Assembly: GCF_004010195.1 (NCBI RefSeq)
Contig: NC_057719.1
Coordinates: 87,319,317 to 87,377,864 of the forward strand
From: Chiloscyllium plagiosum
Lineage: Eukaryota
Direction of reading: 5' to 3'
Length of the DNA stretch: 58,548 bases
Positions within the stretch are counted from its first letter, which is position 1, and every line of letters begins with the position of its first letter. Shown here piece after piece: positions 49,635-58,548 of this stretch. The notes under the pieces were generated by a model that worked only from the letters and a program-made list of their open reading frames with translations, made no database searches and had not been told where the DNA came from. The position numbers and the translations under genes were made by a program.

Positions 49635-50117
49635 NNNNNNNNNNNNNNNNNNNNNNNNNNNNNNNNNNNNNNNNNNNNNNNNNNNNNNNNNNNNNNNNNN
49701 NNNNNNNNNNNNNNNNNNNNNNNNNNNNNNNNNNNNNNNNNNNNNNNNNNNNNNNNNNNNNNNNNNNNNNNNNNNNNNNNNNNNNNNNNNNNNNNNNNNN
49801 NNNNNNNNNNNNNNNNNNNNNNNNNNNNNNNNNNNNNNNNNNNNNNNNNNNNNNNNNNNNNNNNNNNNNNNNNNNNNNNNNNNNNNNNNNNNNNNNNNNN
49901 NNNNNNNNNNNNNNNNNNNNNNNNNNNNNNNNNNNNNNNNNNNNNNNNNNNNNNNNNNNNNNNNNNNNNNNNNNNNNNNNNNNNNNNNNNNNNNNNNNNN
50001 NNNNNNNNNNNNNNNNNNNNNNNNNNNNNNNNNNNNNNNNNNNNNNNNNNNNNNNNNNNNNNNNNNNNNNNNNNNNNNNNNNNNNNNNNNNNNNNNNNNN
50101 NNNNNNNNNNNNNNNNN
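49635..50117. other. Assembly gap
   Basis: N run, flanked on both sides by tandem repeats. Confidence 1.
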
Positions 50118-51174
50118 GGTTCAGATGGTTTATGTACAGAATAATGGATATCTGGGAGTGAGTTACAGACTGGAATCTAATCGAGTGGTTCAGATGGTTT
50201 ATATACAGAATAATGGATACCTGGGGAGTATGTGGTAAAGTGTATTGTGCTCCGTGGACGACACCACTTTGACACGAGCCTTCAATACTCTCAACCACAA
50301 GTTCTTTGATAAGAAGCACCCCTGTAGTTTGTTGAGGACCCTCCTATAGCGAACCTGTCGTGAACCGTTTAACACCATAATGGATAGCGCAGGGTCCTGG
50401 CTGGTGTCAGGAGGGGTTGGATTGTTCGGGCCTGCTGAACAGCAGGGCCTGTCAGTGAGGGAGCCAGATCTAGATTTGCTCTCAGTCCTGCCTCGTCTCG
50501 CCTTTGGCGCCTGCACGTTGCAAAGTGAGCTGTGGGCGCACAGAGTAGCGAATGTCGGTGCAAGGGTTTGACCGAGGTGACTGCAACAGCAGTGTAAGTC
50601 GGTTTGGGCATATAAATGTGGACTGGCGTGTTTGCAGCAGCCTGGAGATCACCTCTCGCTGCTCAGGCTGGCCCACTGACCTACTACCAAGTGACATGAC
50701 AGGCTGCTTCGGAGAATTCAGGGCGGATGCTCCACAAATAGTTGCTGAGTGCCTCTGGGAGCTTAAAGCTGCGAACAGAAAGTTATTATGCAGCCCTCTC
50801 TCAGAGCAGCTGATCACCCACCGCTCCCTGTCCCTGTGGGACTGCAGTGTGATCCCTGTGGGATCCTCCTGTTCCTCAGTTGCTAAGCCCAGTGGATTAC
50901 CGATCCCCGTGGGACCAAAGGTTCCCAGCCCACCCCAGCAGAAAGGGATTATCCCGTGGGAAGGGCAAGAGGGGGGGGGTCACATTGAACGCGTACAGCA
51001 TTGTGCAGGTGCATTAGCAAAGGGTTGGGAGGACATTGAGGGGCTGCCCTTGTCCCCCCCCACACCCCCCCTCGACTGGGGATCGGAGAACACAAGGACT
51101 AGAGGTGAGGAAAACTGCCTTTGCCTGCAGCGTGGTTCTCACTGATTGTACTGTGGACAGGGTCAGACAGCAGC

Positions 51175-52037
51175 AGCAACACCAGGTTACAGTCCAACAG
51201 GTTTAATTGGAAGCACTAGCTTTCGGAGCGCTGCTCCTCCATCGAGTGTGGGTGTGGTGCAGGGCCAGAGGACACAAGCAGAAGGCTAACAGTGTCACGG
51301 CGTTGTAATAATATATTAAACAAACTTACATTCGGTCTTGCATCTTTTAGGATGGGACATGCTAGTTTAGGCTCTTTAATTTGTAAATTCGAGAACTCCT
51401 TTTAAGTTGCATTCCCAAGGTGGCTTCAGTTTATCTGCAAGTGTTATCTTAGCTCAGACAATGTATTAAAAGTGTGAACTTAAAGTCTGTGCCAATGTTG
51501 AGTCAGCTTTATTTCTAAAGTGGGACTTACAGAACATTATGGACTTTTACAGTTTTTGAGCAAAATATAATATAGTTCTGCAAATACAGATCCACCCCAT
51601 AAATGGACATGTGTGCACATGCAGGAGAGACAGAGTGGGGGTGTGTATGTGACTGTGCACTTGTGGGTACGAGTGCATCTGAAAGAGTGTGTGTGTGTAA
51701 GCTTGGTCAAGTATGTGTGTGAGTGTGATGGAGTATCAGCCTGTGAGAGGGTACATGTGTTGGAGTGCATGTGTGTGCACATAGGAGAGAGCCTGTGTAT
51801 GAGAGAGGGTCTGCGTGAGTGTGTGTGTGTGTGTGTGAGAGAGAGATTATAGTGCAGCACGGTCTATGCAGTGTGACATGAACCCAAGGACCTGGTTGAG
51901 GGTATCAAACTTGGCTGTCATCCAAAGTCCGCCTGGGACAATGATCATCTGAAGGTCCGAGGCTGAATGCCTGGGAGGGAACGACTGGGAGGGAACACTC
52001 CTGTCTGATGATCATTGCGCTGTGTCCATTCATCTGC
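51175..52037 (-). mobile_element. Penelope-like retroelement 3' fragment (GIY-YIG C-terminus, CA-rich spacer, decayed hammerhead)
   Basis: Minus strand reads MNGHSAMIIRQECSLPV...HSASDLQMIIVPGGL...AKF...LNQxLGFMSH with frameshifts; hammerhead relic 51214-51248. Confidence 0.72.
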
Positions 52038-53043
52038 AGAGCAGACACACTTGGCTGTGAATAACATTAGCTTCTAGCAAGTGTAAGTCTGAGGTGGGAT
52101 GCCTTTTGGAGTCAGCGTGGACTCCATGGGCTGAATGGCCTACTTCCATACTCGAGATTCTACGATTCTTTGCCTTTCAGATTGAGATGGATTGAAGCAG
52201 ACTTCTCCTGTATCCTTGCTGACAGTCCCTGTATACCTCGAGTGAATGATTAAAGAAACCCCTTACAACCCAGAACAACTCTTCACGTTTACTGTGCCCC
52301 TGCAGTCTTTTCTGATTCCCTCTGAACTTGCGGTGCACAGGAATCTCTATTGGCTTCTTCTCGTTCAAACCCAGCCTACAGCTGGCTGCCCTCACTCCAG
52401 ATCCTCTCCCCATCCCTGCCTGCTTATTGTGTTGTGTCACTCTCCCTCATTCCTTCACATTTCTCCTTGCCTCAGTCCCAGTCTCTCTCTCTCTCTTCCC
52501 TGCTCTCAGTCTCAGTCTCTCCACCCCTTCTCTCGGAGACAATCTCACTTCCTTCTGCCGCTTTTTCAGTGTTGTCCACTTGAATATCAAATTGCACTGC
52601 CCGACTCTTGTTTTGTAAATTCCACTCTGCCTTGATAATTCCTTACCCAAACCCCCATGCTATCAACATGCTCCATGCTTCAAGGGGTCCTCATGGTGGG
52701 GTCCTCTTCATCTTCTAACCTTTCTTGAGAAATCCGTTCTGCCAATTTTTCCCCTTGCAACAACACCCATTCACTCCCCTTGAATTGGTAAAAAGATTGC
52801 GTCTCATGCTACAGGTCCCTCTGAGGGGGTTAGCCTTTCTGCAGCACTGCCCTGGGGAGTGAGCATTGGGAGATTCATTCTAACACAGGAGTGGTACACT
52901 GAGAATTTGATGAAGGTTGCTGTGAGACAGTATGGTGCTGGTGAATTCAGTAAGAGTAGCTGAAGATATTGAGCACCGCGGCCTCTGTTGGCCTGTCCCC
53001 AGGGCTGCTGTCGAGCAGAGTTACAGAGTGCTCCACATTTTAC

Positions 53044-53248
53044 CTCCACATCCTCCAGATCTTGCCCGTAATCTTGGGAATCGGCGAGACGTTGTCGACT
53101 GGCCAGCCATGTAGTTATTTCCTGGACCTCCTGCTCAAACTGGTACAGCTGATATCGGTCTTCCAGTTTTTTCTGTACGCTCTCGGCTAACTTCAGGAGC
53201 AAATCATACTCTGATTCCACATCCTGATGCTTCTTCAAAATGGACTCT
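53044..53248 (-). CDS. SPTBN5: SPTBN5 spectrin-repeat exon (ESILKKHQDVE...DYGQDLEDVE); the gene continues beyond the window end
   Basis: cccttacag| and |gtaaaa; DYGQDLE motif. Confidence 0.93.
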
Positions 53249-53294
53249 CTGTAAGGGAAATGGAAACACCAGAAATCTGAAAAATATCCGTATA

Positions 53295-56200
53295 ACACCG
53301 ACGTTCACCGTACAGGAACCAGCCCAGTGTAAATATCACCGACATTTACCATACAGGAACCAGCCAGGTGTAAATATCACCGACATTTACCGTACAGGAA
53401 CCAGCCAGGTGTAAATATCACCTACATTTACCAGCCCGGTGTAAATATCACCGACATTTACTGTACAGGAACCTGCCCGGTGTAAATATCACCGACATTC
53501 ACCGTACAGTAACCGGCCCTGTGTAAATATCACCGACATTTACCGTACAAGAACCAGCCCGGTGTAAATATCACCGACATTTACTGTACAGGAACCAGCC
53601 CGGTGTAAATATCACCGACATTTACCGTACAGGAACCAGCCCGGTGTAAATATCACCGACATTTACCGTACAGGAACCAGCCCGGTGTAAATATCACCGA
53701 CATTTACCATACAGAAACCAGCCCGGTGTAAATATCACCGACATTTACTGTACAGGAGTCACCTGGTGTAAATATCACCCACATTTACTGTACAGGAATC
53801 AGCCCAGTGTAAATTACATCCACATTTACTGTACAGGAACCAGCCCGGTGTAAATATCACCCACATTTACTGTGCAGGAATCAGCCCGGTGTAAATATCA
53901 CCGACATTTACCGTACAGGAACCAGCCCGGTGTAAATATCACCGACATTTACTGTACAGGAGTCACCTGGTGTAAATATCACCCACATTTACTGTACAGG
54001 AACAAGCTCGGTGTAAATATCACCGACATTCACCGTACAGTAACCAGCCCGGTGTAAATATCACCCACATTTACCATACAGGAATCAGCCCGGTGTAAAT
54101 ATCATCCACATTTTCCGTACAGGAACCAGCCCAGTGTAAATATCACCTACATTTACCGTACAGGAACCAGCCCGGTGTAAATATCACCCACATTTACCGT
54201 ACAGGAATCACCCCTGTGTAAATATCACCGACATTTACCGTACAGGAACCAGCCCGGTGTAAATATCACCGACATTTACTGTACAGGAACCAGCCCGGTG
54301 TAAATATCACCTACATTTACCGTACAGGAACCAGCCCGGTGTAAATATCACCCACATTTACCGTACAGGAACCAGCCCGGTGTAAATATCACCCACATTC
54401 ACTGTACAGGAATCACCCCTGTGTAAATATCACCGACATTTACTGTACAGGAACCAGCCCGGTGTAAATATCACCTACATTTACCGTACAGGAACCAGCC
54501 CGGTGTAAATATCACCCACATTTACAGTACAGGAACCAGCCCGGTGTAAATATCACCCACATTTACTGTACAGGAACCAGCCCTGTGTAAATATCACACA
54601 CATTTACTGTACTGGAACCAGCCCGGTGTAAATATCACCAATATTCACCGTACAGGAACCAGCCCGGTGTAAATATCACCGACATTTACCGTACAGGAAT
54701 CAGCCCGGTGTAAATATCATCCACATTTTCGATACAGGAACCAGCCCAGTGTAAATATCACCCATATTTACCGTACAGGAACCAGCCCGGTGTAAATATC
54801 ACCCACATTTACCGTACAGGAACCAGCCCAGTATAAATAGCACTGACATTTACTGTACAGGAATCAGCCCGGTGTAAATATCACCCACATTTACCGTACA
54901 GGAACCAGCCCGGTGTACATATCACCCACATTTACTGTACAGGAACCAGCCCGGTGTAAATATCACCCACATTTACCGTACAGGAACCAGCCCGGTGTAC
55001 ATATCACACACATTTACTGTACAGGAACCAGCCCGGTGTAAATATCACTGACATTTACTGTACAGGAACCAGCCCGGAGTAAATATCACCCACATTTACT
55101 GTACAGGAACCAGCCCAGTATAAATATCACTGACATTTACTGTACAGGAATCAGCCCGGAGTAAATATCACCCACATTTACCGTACAGGAACCAGCCCGG
55201 TGTAAATATCACCCACATTTACTGTACAGGAACCAGCCCGGTGTAAATATCACTGACATTTACCGTACAGGAACCAGCCCGGTGTAAATATCACTGACAT
55301 TTACTGTACAGGAACCATCCCGGTGTAAATATCACCGACATTTACTGTACAGGAATCAGCCCAGTGTAAATATCACCCACATTTACTGTACAGGAACCAG
55401 CCCGGTGTAAATATCACCCACATTTACTGTACAGGAACCAGCCCGGTGAAAAGATCACCGACATTTACCGTACAGGAACCAGCCCGGTGTAAATATCACT
55501 GACATTTACCGTACAGGAACCATCCCGGTGTAAATATCACCGACATTTACTGTACAGGAATCAGCCTGGTGTAAATATCACCCACATTTACTGTACAGGA
55601 ACCAGCCCGGTGTAAATATCACCCACATTTACCGTACAGGAATCAGCCCAGTGTAAATATCACCCACATTTACTGTACAGGAACCAGCCCGGTGTAAATA
55701 TCACCCACATTTACCGTACAGGAACCAGCCCGGTGTAAATATCACCGACATTTACCGTACAGGAACCAGCCCGGTGTAAATATCACCAACATTTACCGTA
55801 CAGGAACCAGCCCAGTGTAAATATCACCCACATTTACTGTACAGGAACAAGCCCGGTGTAAATATCACCCACATTTACTGTACAGGAACAAGCCCAGTGT
55901 AAATATCACCGATATTCACCGTACAGGAACCAGCCCGGTGTAAATATCACCGACATTTACCATACAGGAATCAGCCCGGTGTAAATATCATCCACATTTA
56001 CTGTACAGGAACAAGCCCGGTGTAAATATCACCGATATTCACCGTACAGGAACCAGCCCGGTGTAAATATCACCCACATTTACCGTACAGGAACCAGCCC
56101 GGTGTAAATATCACTGACATTTACTGTACAGGAATCAGCCCGGTGTAAATATCACCGTCATTTACTGTACAGGAACAAGCCCGGTGTAAATATCACCGAT

Positions 56201-56660
56201 ATTCACCGTACAGGAACCAGCCCGGTGTAAATATCACCCACATTTACTGTACAGGAACAAGCCCGGTGTAAATATCACCCACATTTACCGTACAGGAACC
56301 AGCCCGGTGTAAATATCACCGACATTTACCGTACAGGAATCAGCCCGGTGTAAATATCATCCACAATTTCCGTACAGGAACCAGCCCAGTGTAAATATCA
56401 CGCACACTTACTGTACAGGAACCAGCCCGGTGTAAATATCACCCACATTTACCGTACAGGAACCAGCCCCGGTGTAAATATCACTGACATTTACCGTACA
56501 GTAACCAGCCCCGGTGTAAATATCACTGACATTTACTGTACAGGAACCAGCCCGGAGTAAATATCACCCACATTTACCACACAGTAATAGCCCGGTGTTA
56601 GTATCACCCACATTTACCACACATTTACCACATCCTGCTGTAAATGTTACTGACATTTCC
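53295..56660. repeat. 41-nt satellite, about 80 units (accagcccggtgtaaatatcaccgacatttaccgtacagga)
   Basis: Period 41 (tacagga at 53311 and 53352); homogeneous, no spacers. Confidence 0.97.
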
Positions 56661-57454
56661 CCACAGTGTCTTGTCTCACCGTGCACTGCTACCCCCTTCA
56701 CCATCTGCTTATTTAGTTTCCCCTTAATTGTATCTTTTATTGTTCTCTTCGACCAGTCCTTATAAGTTCCACATTCCCCACTACTCCTTTGGTGAGGAGG
56801 TTTCTTCTGAATCTTACATTCAGTCTCACAGTGATTATTTTATACTGGTGGCCTCTAATTTCTTTCCTCCACCCAGAGGATGCATTCTCTCTGCATCCAT
56901 TCCATCAAAACCTTTCTGTTACGTAGCCTCTCACTATGGTTTTTGAAGAGACCCAGTCTGATATTCATATTGATTGTAAATATTTGACAGCCCAGTCCTA
57001 ATCCTTGCAGTATTCAAATAATTACAGTCAAATAATTACAGTGAAATGTTGCAATTTCCACTGTACAGGGGAAACAGGCTGCTAAATTGTTTCTCACTAT
57101 CACACTTGTCTCTCACTCAGGAGATGAGGTGTGGATTCTAAACACCCTCAATACCTTCACTTCCATCTCTCAATTGGATGAGGCACAGATCCTCCACCTG
57201 TTGCCCACTTTGGTGAGAAGAAGAAACATAAACAGCACATTAATTAAATAGGAATGACAGCAGACTCTGAGATGCACAGGGATTTGCGTGGCCTGTTAAA
57301 GGAATCGTCCAGTTAGCATCCAGATGCAGAAAGTGACTCGGAACATGAAATACAATGCAAGGGAATGGAACATAAAAGTGGGAATGTTTTGCTAAAATTG
57401 CAGAGTATTGCTGAGGCCACATCTGGAGCACTCTGTGCAAATTTGGTCTCCTTA

Positions 57455-57749
57455 TTAGATTAGATTCCCTACAGTGTGGAAACAGGCCCTTCGGCCCAAC
57501 CACACTGACCCCCCAAAGATCAACCCACCCAGACCCATTTCCCTCTGACTAATGCACCTAACACTACGGGCAATTTAGCATGGCCAAATCACCTAACCTG
57601 CACATCTTCGGACTGTGGAATGAAACCAGAGCACCTGGAGGAAACCCACGCAGACACAGGGAGAATGTGCAAACTCCACTCGCCCGAGGCTGGAATCGAA
57701 CCTGGGACCCTGGTACTGTGAGGCAGCAGTGCTAGCCACTGTGCCGCCC
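57455..57749 (-). mobile_element. HE1-like SINE nested in CR1 remnants (about 57300-58250)
   Basis: Reverse strand begins gggcggcacagtggctagcactgctgcc; attagattag tail. Confidence 0.83.
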
Positions 57750-58259
57750 AATATTTAAAGATAAAAATGTAAATGCTTTAGAAGCTGTCCAGAGAAGCTT
57801 TACTCAACTAACAGTCATTCAGGACTGAGATGAGGAACAACCTCTTCACTCAAAGTTGTGAATCTGCGGCACTCTTTACCGCAGGATGCTGTTGGGACCA
57901 GTCCATTAGATATATTCAAGAGGGAGCTGGGCGCGGCCTTTGCAGCTAAAGGCATCAAGGGGTATGGGGAGAAACCGGAAATAGAATACTAACATCGGGT
58001 GGTCAGCCATGATCTTATTGAATGGTGATGCAGGCTTGAAGGGCTTAATGGCCTACTCCTGCTCCCATTTCTAGGTTGCTATGTAACTGACTCTTGGTTT
58101 GAAGGAATCATGATATGAGGAAAGATCAGACAGAATGGGCCAGCACCCATTGGATTTAGAATGACAGGGTGATCTTTTTGAAACATAAAGGATCCTAAGG
58201 GGAGTTGACAGGGGTGATAGCAAACGAATATTTCTCTTTGCAGGACAGACTAGAATTAG

Positions 58260-58548
58260 GAGAAAGTGAGGTCTGCAGATGCTGGAGATCAGAGCTGGAA
58301 ATGTGTTGCTGGAAAAGCGCAGCAGGTCAGGCAGCATCCAGGGAACAGGAGAATCGACGTTTCGGGCATAAGCCCTTCTTCAGGAATGGGGAAAGTTTGT
58401 CCAGCAGGCTAAGATAAAAGGTAGGGAGGAGGGACTTGGGAGAGGGGCATTGGAAATGTGATAGGTTGAAAGAGGTCAAGGTGAGGGTGATAGATCAGAC
58501 TGGGGTGGGGGCGGAGAGGTTAGGAAGAAGATTGCAGGTTAGGAAGGC
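58260..58548 (-). mobile_element. Penelope-like element end with a minimal hammerhead core at 58351-58388
   Basis: Minus strand CTGAAGA-a-GGGC-ttat-GCCC-GAAA-CGTC; same terminal sequence as the palindromic inserts. Confidence 0.7.

Noticed and set aside
49385..50319. ORFs of 170-260 aa
   Set aside because: Mostly X residues from the assembly gap plus simple repeats
53295..56660. CRISPR-like array of palindromic units of about 40 nt
   Set aside because: Units are contiguous with no unique spacers, there are no cas genes, and it lies in a vertebrate intron: a satellite

Overview
Repeat-rich vertebrate genomic DNA. The SINE, CR1, Penelope and satellite families point to a cartilaginous fish, probably a shark. 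Two spliced genes converge tail-to-tail. On the + strand are exons 2-7 (1292-16652) of a protein-L-isoaspartate O-methyltransferase (PIMT/PCMT1 family, probably the pcmtl paralogue), plus a likely alternative last exon (18793-18805, AATAAA at 19050); exon 1 lies upstream of the window. On the - strand are the last 17 coding exons (53248 down to 22465, about 934 aa in one continuous frame) of beta-V spectrin (SPTBN5): the final spectrin repeats, a 221-aa Ser/Pro-rich linker, the PH domain and a long multi-exon tail. Introns hold CR1 and other LINE fragments, HE1-like tRNA SINEs, DeuSINE-like relics, several minisatellites (33, 41, about 65, 32 and 44 nt units) and two assembly gaps. The most notable observations are: (1) short palindromic Penelope-type inserts with target-site duplications that carry minimal hammerhead-ribozyme cores; (2) a conserved PIMT C-terminal splice switch ending GSDL rather than RDEL; (3) a SINE-seeded 33-nt minisatellite; (4) a splice acceptor built from a tandem repeat; (5) a microhomology-templated duplication inside an inverted SINE pair; (6) an array of about 80 hairpin units of 41 nt next to a spectrin exon. 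All calls were made by eye, with no database search, and repeat-family names rest on recalled consensus sequences.
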